DNA of 64,000 nucleotides from an uncultured Gammaproteobacteria bacterium (GCA_964640635.1 CAZXFD010000003.1:65149-129148); one strand, 5' to 3'. Shown: positions 8,390-17,410, counted from the stretch's first letter. Translations and numbers: made by a program. The notes: generated from the letters alone by a model not told the origin.

Positions 8390-8668
8390 ATGGCAAATCA
8401 AAATGGAGATAGTGGAGCAAATATTGCTTTAGCTGAAGTGGAGACAAATTTCTCACAGAAACAACAAGGATTCAAGGATGGGAATGTTTTTGACAATCCA
8501 TTTGACGGAATCTCAGCACAGGAATGCGTTGTGTTTATGCGCGATATTTTAGACAATCCGGAAATCTCTTTAGAATTAAAGGATATTAGGATTACTCAAC
8601 TACAAAATATGAATCCGCAAGGATTGCGCCTGTGTTATCAAGAGAGTGTATTGCCTCACAAAACCTAA
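8390..8668 (+). CDS. hypothetical protein
   Basis: 92 aa ORF; strong RBS AAGGAGG; hairpin downstream. Confidence 0.5.
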   Translation: MANQNGDSGANIALAEVETNFSQKQQGFKDGNVFDNPFDGISAQECVVFMRDILDNPEISLELKDIRITQLQNMNPQGLRLCYQESVLPHKT

Positions 8669-8920
8669 CCTAATCTCAGTTCAATTTTACCGTCCACAGT
8701 CAAATGACTTGGGCGGTTTTTATTTTGCAAGCCGTCTTTTTATTTTTTGTTAATATTTTTTTGTTTGTAAATAGAGCTTAATATTAAAAAAGGCACCATT
8801 CTTTTGTGGTGTCACATTTTTTGTTTATTAAGAGATTGTTTTTAGATAATTAAAGATGTAAAAAATAAGAGTGTTTATGGTTTTTGGATTACTAGACTTT
8901 TAATCTAGTTTTAATTCTAA

Positions 8921-9108
8921 AACCAAAACCCCGCATAAAGCGGGGAGTTGGCGAAAAGCGATTTATGAAGCGTGGTCTCGTTTAAAGCGAGATTGGCCTC
9001 TTATTTTTATTATAATTTAATGAATTTATTTGTCAAGTTCTTGCGATAATGGACCACGCCTTGTAAATGTATCTAATAATTAATCAGCTAGTTATATAGC
9101 TGGCCAAA
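8921..9108 (+). other. hairpin-rich non-coding region upstream of ssb (possible leader or small RNA)
   Basis: ccccgcataaagcgggg, tctcgtttaaagcgaga, long-range gcgtggtc/ggaccacgcc pairing, ccagctagttatatagctgg. Confidence 0.25.
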
Positions 9109-9114
9109 AAAAGT

Positions 9115-9504
9115 ATGGATGTAAATAAAATTACATTGCTAGGCAGAATTGTAAATGATCCGGTAGTGAAAAAGACAAAAACCGGAAAAGATTTAACAAG
9201 TTGCTCTTTTGCAACAAACCTTATTTGGAAAAGCGCAAAGGGCGCTAACACGACAAAAGAAGTAGAGTTTCACAATCTTATTTTTTGGGGACCAATAGCT
9301 TCTATCGCTGGCAAGTATCTAAAAAAAGGAGATAGAGTCTATGTCGAGGGAAGACTTAGAACAAGAAAATGGGAAGACAAAAACAAGGTAATGCACTACA
9401 AGACGGAAGTTATTGTGGGGGAGCTTGTGATGCTCGGTGGAAAAAAAGCAGAGCAAACAGCAAAAGAACTTGCTGTTGAAGAAATTATTGTTGAAGAACA
9501 ATAA
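9115..9504 (+). CDS. ssb: single-stranded DNA-binding protein
   Basis: 129 aa OB-fold: ITLLGRIVNDPVVKKTKTGKDL ... HNLIFWG ... GDRVYVEGRLRTRKWEDK; acidic C-terminus. Confidence 0.85.
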   Translation: MDVNKITLLGRIVNDPVVKKTKTGKDLTSCSFATNLIWKSAKGANTTKEVEFHNLIFWGPIASIAGKYLKKGDRVYVEGRLRTRKWEDKNKVMHYKTEVIVGELVMLGGKKAEQTAKELAVEEIIVEEQ

Positions 9505-9603
9505 CTCTTATGTTTCACTTGGCGTTTTTTGATTCAACTTCGGCCGTTGATAAAAAAGCGCCAAGTAGAAACAATGATTTAAATTTTTAAATTTTATAAT
9601 TCT

Positions 9604-12141
9604 ATGTCAAATTATTCAAAAAGTTTATATTTTATTTTATTAATAATTTTCTTTTTTTCACTTTTGATATTTATAAATATTACTAGAGCTGAGGGAATAA
9701 TTTTTTCGGAAATAATGTATGATCCAGTAGGATCTGATTCTGGCAATGAATGGATAGAGCTTCTTAATAAAACAACAAGCAGTATATCTATTGGATCGGA
9801 TTGGAGATTAAGCGACTCATCAAATCACTTGATAAATTTTTATAATGGCCCAACAAGTGTTTGGCCAGGAAGTTTTTTTGTAATAACTCAAAATGCTTCA
9901 AATTTTTTAAATAATTACCCAAACTATACAAGTCTTTATAGGCCACTTTATGAATCTTCTTTTTCTTTGAATAATGCTTCTGGAACAATAAAATTATTTC
10001 AAGGTTCAAACTTAATAACAGAACAGGGATATACATCGGTAATTGGTGGAAATGGAAATGGAAAAGCATTAGAGAGAGTAACTCCTCAATTTAATGATAA
10101 TGTATGGACAGAAGGATGGGTAATTGGTGGAACCCCAGGAAGTCTTTCTAATACGCCACCGACTCTTTATGCACCAATTCCTATAATAAAAGTTTCTACT
10201 ACAACAATTTACGTGGGGAATAGTCTATTATTTGATGCGAGTTCTTCAACCGATCAAAATGGAGATACTCTAAATTATCTTTGGAATATTGGAAATATTG
10301 CAAGTTCAACAGATCAAATTTTTACATATTGTTTTCTAAATTCTGGGACATATAACGTATCTCTTACTGTTTCAGACGCTACTTCATCAAATACAGCAAA
10401 CGTAACAATAAATGTTTTGGAAAATGACATAGAAATTCCCTTGATTAATTATACAGGGAAAATTATATTAAATGAGCTATTGCCTAATCCCGAAGGAGAC
10501 GATGATGGTGAATGGATAGAATTAAAAAATATATCAAGCGATGATATTGATCTAACAGATTTTTTAATTCAAGATGAGTCTGGAAGAGATTATCTCATAT
10601 CTCCAGATGATTTTTCTACAACAACAATAAAGGCAGGAGAATTTTTTGCAATTGACTACACTATTTCAAGAATCATCTTAAATAATACCGGAGACAAAGT
10701 TACTATTTTTGATAATAATGAAAACAAAATCTCAGAAATTTCTTATTCTAGTGTAAAAGAAGGACAATCTTTTGCTAGATTTACTAATTCTTGGAATTGG
10801 ACTACTAGTCCAACAAAAGGCTTAGAAAATGTTTTGACAGAAAGCACACAAGAATCTAGTTCCGTTACAATTATTAATAATACTACAAACAATACGAGTG
10901 ATATCACAAAGCAAGATGATATTATCTGTGATTTAAATAGTTTAAATAAAAGCATTGTTATCTCTGAAATTTTTCCAAATCCAGTAGGTGATGATACCAA
11001 AGAATTTATAGAAATTTATAATCCAAATGATTATGATATAAATATTAGCAATTGGAAAATAAAAGATTTGTCGTCGTCATTTTTTAAATTAACGGGCTTG
11101 ATAAAGTCAAAATCATATTTTCTTATATCAAGAGAAGATTCCAAACTCGCTCTCAATAATTCTAAAGAAGAGATTTTTATTTATGATTGTAAGGATGTTT
11201 TAATAACAAATTTAAAATATGACAAGTCATACGAGAATCAGTCATATTCTTATAACTTATTAAACAAAGAATATTTTTGGACAAAAAACACGACACCAGG
11301 AGAAGAAAATATTTTTGATATTAAAGAAGATGTGGACAGTAAAGAAATAGCCACCTCGACTATTATAGAAGAACTTTATAAAGACGAAGAAGAAGCAATG
11401 CAAGAATATTCAAGTGTATTTTTTAATGAGCTTTCCCAAAATGAAACTGTTATTGGATACGGAGCTATTGTTTTGACTCAGAATAAAATTTCAAATAACT
11501 CAGCGTATATTTGTAACTATAAATTACAAGAAAAAATTGTTGATTATTATGATTGTATAAATTTATATTTCAATGGAAAGTGGCCAGCTATTAAAAGAGG
11601 TTCAATTATAAAGTTCAGCGGAAAGTTTTCACAAAGCGCAAGTTCTAAAAAAATCAAAATTTCAAAAAAAGAAAATATTGAAGTTGTAGATTCTGTAAAA
11701 TTATTGAGTCCGGATGAAATTTTAATTAGTAACATAGATGAAGGATTACTAGGATCTTTTATTTCTATAAAAGGAAAAATTTCTAAGTTAAATCAAAAAA
11801 GTTTCAATATTAAACTTGATGAAGAGGAATTTAAAATAAAAATTGTCACAAAGGATATAGACTTAAAAAGTTTTATTAAAGAAGAAAATGTTTTCGTAAG
11901 TGGGATAGTTTTGAAAGAAAAAGATTCTTTTATTTTGGCACTTGGCAACAAGAGCGATCTCATTAAAGATTTACAGGTAGAAGAAAATATAGATATCTTG
12001 GGAGAGAAAATAGAGAGCAAAGAAACTATTAATCTAGTTGAAGATAAAGAAAGCTTTTTTATAAAAATAGTTTCTAATATAGGAAAATTTTTTGGCTCAA
12101 TTAGAAGTAGTTTTGTGAATAAACTTTTCGCATCTAAATAA
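9604..12141 (+). CDS. large secreted/surface protein with three lamin-tail-domain (LTD) repeats and a PKD-like domain
   Basis: 845 aa; N-terminal signal/TM; LTD signatures FSEIMYDPVGSDSGNEWIELLN, LNELLPNPEGDDDGEWIELKN, ISEIFPNPVGDDTKEFIEIYN; PKD-like YLWNIGNIASSTDQIFTYCFLNSGTYNVSLTV. Confidence 0.8.
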   Translation: MSNYSKSLYFILLIIFFFSLLIFINITRAEGIIFSEIMYDPVGSDSGNEWIELLNKTTSSISIGSDWRLSDSSNHLINFYNGPTSVWPGSFFVITQNASNFLNNYPNYTSLYRPLYESSFSLNNASGTIKLFQGSNLITEQGYTSVIGGNGNGKALERVTPQFNDNVWTEGWVIGGTPGSLSNTPPTLYAPIPIIKVSTTTIYVGNSLLFDASSSTDQNGDTLNYLWNIGNIASSTDQIFTYCFLNSGTYNVSLTVSDATSSNTANVTINVLENDIEIPLINYTGKIILNELLPNPEGDDDGEWIELKNISSDDIDLTDFLIQDESGRDYLISPDDFSTTTIKAGEFFAIDYTISRIILNNTGDKVTIFDNNENKISEISYSSVKEGQSFARFTNSWNWTTSPTKGLENVLTESTQESSSVTIINNTTNNTSDITKQDDIICDLNSLNKSIVISEIFPNPVGDDTKEFIEIYNPNDYDINISNWKIKDLSSSFFKLTGLIKSKSYFLISREDSKLALNNSKEEIFIYDCKDVLITNLKYDKSYENQSYSYNLLNKEYFWTKNTTPGEENIFDIKEDVDSKEIATSTIIEELYKDEEEAMQEYSSVFFNELSQNETVIGYGAIVLTQNKISNNSAYICNYKLQEKIVDYYDCINLYFNGKWPAIKRGSIIKFSGKFSQSASSKKIKISKKENIEVVDSVKLLSPDEILISNIDEGLLGSFISIKGKISKLNQKSFNIKLDEEEFKIKIVTKDIDLKSFIKEENVFVSGIVLKEKDSFILALGNKSDLIKDLQVEENIDILGEKIESKETINLVEDKESFFIKIVSNIGKFFGSIRSSFVNKLFASK

Positions 12142-12592
12142 AAAAAATCTTCCCTCACTCACCTATTTGAAGAATCAAAATCAATTGATTGTTTTGAAGG
12201 TAAGCAAGAGAAGATATTAAAGCGACATCTTTCTACTCAGCCCTACGTTTTATTGTAAAGCATTCTAGGAGAAGAAAAATATCATTTTTATTATAACTCT
12301 TTTGCAAATGAAGTCAAATAAAATTTCAAAGAATATAAAAAAGTAAAAAAAGTCTAATAAAAATGAGTTTTTTGGAGATAGCAAATCGTGATTTTAGAAA
12401 AAATATTTATAACAAAATAGTATTTATGAAATTAAATTTAATAATAAAAGTAATATTTACTAAAAAATATTTTGTTCAAACAAGTCTATTGTCTGTATAT
12501 TGTATTGGTGATAGAGAAATGAAAAATATTTTACAAAAAAAAGAAAACCCAGTTTTGACTTTGGATTTTGATTTAAAAGATAAAACTCTTTA

Positions 12593-13060
12593 TTAATATT
12601 TTTTATCAAAATATAAATTAAGATAATATTTATACATAGCACCAATATTTTTTGGAATTTGTTTTTTAGAATTTATTATTTTATAGTTAGAAAAGTGATT
12701 TTTATTTATATTATATTTTTTTGACAGAGCAATTTTTATAAGATAACAAGTGGATAAATCTTGTCTATTATTTTCAGTTTTAAATTTTCCTACGTATTGA
12801 CCCAGAAAAACTTTTTTACTTGTGTTTATTTTTAGGCCAATTTCGTTTTTAGCAATTCTTTTTAGTGTATCATTTATATTTTCTGATTTAAATATTCTTA
12901 GTCCTGGCAGTGCCCATTTGCCTCGATATGGCGCAATAGATCTTTTTAGTATTATCACACTACCCTCTTCACATTCAAGGATAATATCAAAGGTTGCAAT
13001 TACAGACCATTTTAATATTTGATCAAATATTTTTTTTGGAGCAAGCTTTATTTTTGACAT
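12593..13060 (-). CDS. NUDIX hydrolase family protein (degenerate Nudix box)
   Basis: 155 aa; GKWALPGLRIFKSENINDTLKRIAKNEIGL approximates Gx5Ex7REUxEExGU. Confidence 0.55.
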   Translation of the reverse strand: MSKIKLAPKKIFDQILKWSVIATFDIILECEEGSVIILKRSIAPYRGKWALPGLRIFKSENINDTLKRIAKNEIGLKINTSKKVFLGQYVGKFKTENNRQDLSTCYLIKIALSKKYNINKNHFSNYKIINSKKQIPKNIGAMYKYYLNLYFDKKY

Positions 13061-13276
13061 ATCAATAAATATTTATTTTTTAGCATCTTTATTTATTGTA
13101 TAACATAAATAACTTAGCTTACAATAGAATACCCTCGGTATTGATAAGTATTTAAAAATGATATAATGTATAATAGAATTTAGAATATAGAATGCTGAAT
13201 AATGAATTTAAATATATTATTCGTTTATTATATAATTAATTCAAACTTCAAAGTTTATCATTCAAAATTAATGTTT

Positions 13277-13295
13277 GCCCTCATAGTTTAATGGA
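13277..13295 (+). other. 19-nt duplicate of the 5' end (acceptor plus D stem) of the downstream tRNA-Arg, followed by a GC-rich hairpin (13296..13323)
   Basis: gccctcatagtttaatgga is identical to 13381..13399; no T-arm follows, so it is not a functional tRNA. Confidence 0.5.
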
Positions 13296-13380
13296 CCCGC
13301 GCCATCGTTTTACTTTGGCGGGGCAAGCAGTGCGGATATAAAAATTATAAAAGTTTACTGAATAATCTCTTTGTAAATAT

Positions 13381-13455
13381 GCCCTCATAGTTTAATGGAT
13401 AAAACAAATCCGTCCTAAGGATAAGCTGGAGGTTCGATTCCTTCTGGGGGCACCA
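13381..13455 (+). tRNA. tRNA-Arg (anticodon CCT), with encoded CCA
   Basis: manual cloverleaf: acceptor GCCCTCA/TGGGGGC, D stem GTTT/AAAC, anticodon loop GTCCTAA, T arm GGAGG-TTCGATT-CCTTC, discriminator A, CCA. Confidence 0.8.
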
Positions 13456-13646
13456 CACTACACTGTGTGAAATCTCAAATTACAAATAACAAATTCTAAA
13501 AAATTTGATTTTATTATTTATATAACTATCTTAGTAGGTATATTGAATTAGTAAAGGATTTATGTGTAAATAGATGTTGGTATATAGTCGTTGTTGATTT
13601 ATTTTTTTTAATTTTATATACTTTACTTAGGTAAAGTGATAATAAT

Positions 13647-13904
13647 ATGCAACAGAACAAGAAATTACAAGAAAGTTTTTATAAAAAAATATTGAGTTTA
13701 AAAAACAAAAAAGATTTGACTCATTTTTTTAATAATTTTTTTTCGCAAAACGAATTAAATGAGCTTACAAATAGGTTTTATGTTGCAGGTCTCTTAAACC
13801 AAAACATTTCTTATATTAAAATACAGGAGAATACAAAAATAAGTTCTCGTACAATTGCAAAAATTTCCAAGATTGTAAAAAATAAAAGAAACAACTTTTT
13901 ATAA
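13647..13904 (+). CDS. TrpR/YerC-YecD-like helix-turn-helix protein (putative transcriptional regulator)
   Basis: 85 aa; central NELNELTNRFYVAGLL and SSRTIAKISK resemble the TrpR-like fold; weak. Confidence 0.4.
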   Translation: MQQNKKLQESFYKKILSLKNKKDLTHFFNNFFSQNELNELTNRFYVAGLLNQNISYIKIQENTKISSRTIAKISKIVKNKRNNFL

Positions 13905-13979
13905 GCTTTGATACAGGCTTTAATTTTGAGTGGAGACAAGATAATGTTTCGTGTATATTCTTTATTGTAAATTTGCTAA

Positions 13980-14025
13980 AATGTTCCACGTGGAACATTA
14001 TGCTATTTTTTGGCTTGTATAAAGC
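13980..14025 (+). promoter_or_regulatory. operator/promoter copy 1: perfect 20-bp palindrome AATGTTCCACGTGGAACATT plus TGTATAAA extended -10
   Basis: palindrome at 13980..13999 read directly; GGCTTGTATAAAGC at 14012..14025; about 85 bp upstream of the 14108 gene. Confidence 0.6.
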
Positions 14026-14107
14026 AATGTTGTAATAAAGCTATAATTTTATTGACTATATAAAGTGTCTTTGTTAACATAAAAGATACATAAATTAGGA
14101 GGATGGT

Positions 14108-14533
14108 ATGTCAAGTATTATATTATTTGAAGAAGATGAGTGTTTGTCTTGTATTCAGGGTATATGCGTTGAAGAGGCTCCAGATAGATTGCCTGGCATT
14201 ATATATTTTAATTATTATCGTAGTTCAATTGGAGATATATGTAAATTTTCAGAAATACAAGAAAAGACTATTTTTGTGGCTAATTGGGAAATGGGTTTAA
14301 GATTTGATGAGAGTTATCGTCTTTATTCTATGCACAATAAAAGAGAAGATTTTTACCCTTTTGTACAAAATGTGCTTAGTAAAGAACCAAATTTTCTAAA
14401 ATTTTACCCAACAAACGCAATTGTTTTGAAAATTGGTATATTGTTGCATAAGGATATAATAATTCATGACGTTGGTAGTTGGTTAATAACAGATCACTTG
14501 TTGTTTTTTAAAGACAACATTTTCCCTATATAG
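14108..14533 (+). CDS. hypothetical protein (141 aa) downstream of palindromic operator copy 1
   Basis: strong RBS AGGAGG; no confident family. Confidence 0.55.
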   Translation: MSSIILFEEDECLSCIQGICVEEAPDRLPGIIYFNYYRSSIGDICKFSEIQEKTIFVANWEMGLRFDESYRLYSMHNKREDFYPFVQNVLSKEPNFLKFYPTNAIVLKIGILLHKDIIIHDVGSWLITDHLLFFKDNIFPI

Positions 14534-14653
14534 AAGCACTATAAATTATTAAATGTTAGATGCATAATCTGACGTTTTTTATATATAAAATATTTAGTAC
14601 CCGTATGGCCATAACTAGACGATGAATTTATTTTAAGTATTCTGTAACATAGA

Positions 14654-14673
14654 AATGTTTCACGTGGAACATT
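14654..14673 (+). promoter_or_regulatory. operator copy 2 (one mismatch: AATGTTTCACGTGGAACATT), followed by TTGTTGACT
   Basis: read directly; about 100 bp upstream of the 14771 gene. Confidence 0.5.
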
Positions 14674-14770
14674 TTGTTGACTTTTGTTTATTTCAAGCCA
14701 TTATTTTCTATTGAATTATAGATATTTATATGCTAATGTGATTAAAATAATAAAAATACAGGAGGAGATA

Positions 14771-15214
14771 ATGACAAAGCTTACTTTTGCAATAAGAAGA
14801 TTTGCCTCAGACACTCTTCCAGGGGTATTTATTTCTATTGGAGGAGGTATAGTAAATGAGTTTTTTATAGCTCAAATGAATTTTAAGCAGATTTTGATAT
14901 CTAGGCTTATTTCTCTTGTGGTAACTTTTACAACTTCCTGGGTTTATGCAGAAACTCGTGATACATTTTTAAATCTTTTTAGATATAGCGAAAAAGAAGG
15001 TAAAAATTTTAAATATTGGGTTATTAATACATCTTGTTCTATGTATTTTGGAGGATCTTTATATTTAATAATACTTGCTATATCAGGAGTAGATCAAGAA
15101 CAAGCAAAAATAGCGCTAGGCAACGTTTTACTTGTAAAGGCTTTTGTAGGTTATCCTTATGGGATTATACTTGATTTATCAAGAAAGTTCTTTAAAGCAG
15201 ATAAAAAAAGATAA
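14771..15214 (+). CDS. small integral membrane protein (about 5 TM), possibly a transporter substrate-binding (S) component
   Basis: 147 aa from ATG at 14771 preceded by AGGAGGAG; ORF-track 14684 start over-extended; hydrophobic profile only. Confidence 0.5.
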   Translation: MTKLTFAIRRFASDTLPGVFISIGGGIVNEFFIAQMNFKQILISRLISLVVTFTTSWVYAETRDTFLNLFRYSEKEGKNFKYWVINTSCSMYFGGSLYLIILAISGVDQEQAKIALGNVLLVKAFVGYPYGIILDLSRKFFKADKKR

Positions 15215-15246
15215 ATCCGCATCTTAAATAAGAGGCGGATTTTTTA
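15215..15246 (+). terminator. intrinsic terminator
   Basis: atccgcatcttaaataagaggcggat hairpin plus TTTTT. Confidence 0.5.
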
Positions 15247-15273
15247 ATATATTAAACTATTATATTTTATAAA

Positions 15274-15318
15274 AATGTTCCACGTGGAACATTTTATAGT
15301 TTTTTAGCTTGTATAAGC
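15274..15318 (+). promoter_or_regulatory. operator/promoter copy 3 (perfect palindrome plus GCTTGTATAAGC)
   Basis: palindrome 15274..15293; extended -10-like element 15307..15318; no ORF of 60 aa or more downstream. Confidence 0.55.
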
Positions 15319-15391
15319 AAAATAAATAGAAGTAATTTATATACAAGTATCTACTTCCCATAATATGTATTTTAAGTAGGAATCAGTCTTA

Positions 15392-15437
15392 AATGTTCCA
15401 CGTGGAACATTATGCTATATTCTGGCTTGTATAAGCC
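15392..15437 (+). promoter_or_regulatory. operator/promoter copy 4 (perfect palindrome plus GGCTTGTATAAGCC)
   Basis: palindrome 15392..15411; 15424..15437; no ORF of 60 aa or more downstream. Confidence 0.55.
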
Positions 15438-15976
15438 AATTTAGTAAAAGTATATTATGAGGTTAAAGAGCTTTTGCTCCTCGACTCTATTTTGACTCAC
15501 TATGTTTGTTCAGTGTCGCTCGAGGTTGTTTTTCATTAAATTAGTTTTTGGGTTGTTGTTTATGAAGATGTTTGATTAACTTTACGAGCTTTGTCAAAAC
15601 AAAAAACTCCCCAGAAGATTTTTTTCTAAGGAGTTTGCACTCCCCAACATTAGGCCTATTACCAAGCAGATGAGCTTAATAATTTCCAGTTACATTCTTA
15701 TTTGAGAAGCATTAATTTTTTTGCAAATAGTCTCTTTTTTCGTATGGTTTTTTATTTATTCTCACCATTTTGGTAGGAAATAAATTTTATTGTGTTTTAT
15801 TTTTGTTTTTCGATTAAAAAGATAATTTGCTATTTTTTCTCTATTACAATTATAGCATTTTTTGTAATTGGGGTCAACAGTTTATATTATGGCTTAAAAT
15901 GGAGAAAATATAGAGTATATTAATATATTAATTATGACATATTAATACACTAAAGTCAAACGTATATTAACATGCC

Positions 15977-16090
15977 TGTGGATAAGTCTGTGGATATGTT
16001 GTTAGCCGTGGGGATAACTATTTGAAAGCCCAATATTTATAGTATTAAAAAAGTGGATAATTCTGAACATGGATATGGGCTTGGGATAAG
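15977..16090 (+). promoter_or_regulatory. cluster of six DnaA-box-like 9-mers in the same orientation (TGTGGATAA perfect, TGTGGATAT, GTGGGGATAA, GTGGATAAT, CATGGATAT, TGGGATAAG), 3' of a roughly 250-bp tract of about 20% GC
   Basis: read directly at 15977..15985, 15989..15997, 16008..16017, 16053..16060, 16069..16077, 16082..16090. Confidence 0.45.
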
Positions 16091-16315
16091 CAGCAAGAAA
16101 TGAATAGCATGTTGATCTTTGTGTTACTAAATATATTAATCAAGTATCGAATAATTTTTTGTATTTTAGAGATATGTGAATAAGTTTATGTAGTCTATAA
16201 ATTAGTAGAATTTTTTCATTTACTATGATAAAATGTATTTATAAATTTTATTTATGAAATGTTCAGCTATGCTTACTATATTAAGACGTTAGTGAGCGAC
16301 TGGACAAAAAACAAA

Positions 16316-17347
16316 ATGGAAATAAATAGTTTATTAAAAGAAGCTGTTGAAAAAGGTGCGTCAGATCTTCATTTGGCAGTAGGACATAATCCCATTATAA
16401 GAATTGATGGAGAAATGATAGAATTAGATAGTTACGGAGAAATATCTGTTACAGAGAATAAAAAAATGATTGATAGTATTTTGACAGTGAATCAAAAAAA
16501 GAAATATCAAGACGAAAGAGAGTTGGATTTATCTTATGAAATAAATAAGGTTGGAAGATTTAGAATAAATTTATTTTGGGAAAGAGATAATCCAGGACTT
16601 GTTGCAAGAATTATAAATCATGAAATTCCAGAACTTGAAGATATTGGATTGGGTGAAGTTGTTTTGAAAATGCTAAAACAAAAACAGGGACTTATACTTG
16701 TTACTGGTCTTACGGGAAGTGGAAAGTCAACTACACTTGCCTCTATGGTGAATTATTTGAATAAAAATGATTCTTTAGCAATAGTTACATTAGAGGATCC
16801 AATAGAGTATCTTTTTCCAAAATCAAAAAGCATAATTGCTCAAAGAGAATTAGGATCTGATATGCTTAGTTTCGCAGAAGGATTAAGACATGTATTAAGA
16901 CAAGATCCAAATGTTATTATGGTAGGAGAAATGAGAGATTTAGAATCTATTGCATTAGTTTTAACGCTTGCGGAAACAGGACATTTGGTTTTGGCTACAA
17001 TTCATACACCAAGTGCAGCACAAGTGGTAGATAGAATAATAGATGTTTTTCCAGCCTACCAACAGCAACAAATTAGATTACAGTTTGCAACTATTTTAAC
17101 GGGTGTAATATCTCAACAATTGTTGCCAAAGAAAGGCGGAGGAAGAATTGCTGCAAGAGAGGTATTATTAAACACCCCAGCAGTTTCAAACATTATAAGA
17201 GAAAACAAAATCCCACAGATAAAAACAGTTCTTCAAACTAGCGCAGACAAAGGCATGATGACAATGAATCAGTCAATTAAGTCTCTCTATGAAAATGATT
17301 TAATAGATAAAGATATTGCAAAAAGTTATTTTGTCGAAGAAGATTAA
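16316..17347 (+). CDS. pilT: type IV pilus retraction ATPase PilT
   Basis: N-terminal MEINSLLKEAVEKGASDLHL; Walker A GLTGSGKSTTL; GEMRD and ATIHT motifs; start moved to Met 16316 from the ORF-track 16259. Confidence 0.85.
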   Translation: MEINSLLKEAVEKGASDLHLAVGHNPIIRIDGEMIELDSYGEISVTENKKMIDSILTVNQKKKYQDERELDLSYEINKVGRFRINLFWERDNPGLVARIINHEIPELEDIGLGEVVLKMLKQKQGLILVTGLTGSGKSTTLASMVNYLNKNDSLAIVTLEDPIEYLFPKSKSIIAQRELGSDMLSFAEGLRHVLRQDPNVIMVGEMRDLESIALVLTLAETGHLVLATIHTPSAAQVVDRIIDVFPAYQQQQIRLQFATILTGVISQQLLPKKGGGRIAAREVLLNTPAVSNIIRENKIPQIKTVLQTSADKGMMTMNQSIKSLYENDLIDKDIAKSYFVEED

Positions 17348-17410
17348 TCACTTAATATATAACATGCCCGGACTGTTGTGCGCGATGTTGCAGGCGGGAG
17401 AATAAAAACT

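Noticed and set aside
9604-12141. Diversity-generating retroelement targeting the LTD protein
   Set aside because: No reverse transcriptase and no template/variable repeat pair is detectable in the window.
12363-12645. ORFs 12363..12596 (+) and 12460..12645 (-)
   Set aside because: Low-complexity Lys/Ile/Phe-rich products in an AT-rich spacer, with no ribosome-binding sites.
13277-13360. A second complete tRNA gene upstream of tRNA-Arg
   Set aside because: Only the first 19 nt match. There is no D-stem complement, anticodon arm or T-arm (GGTTCGA) downstream, so it is a fragment.
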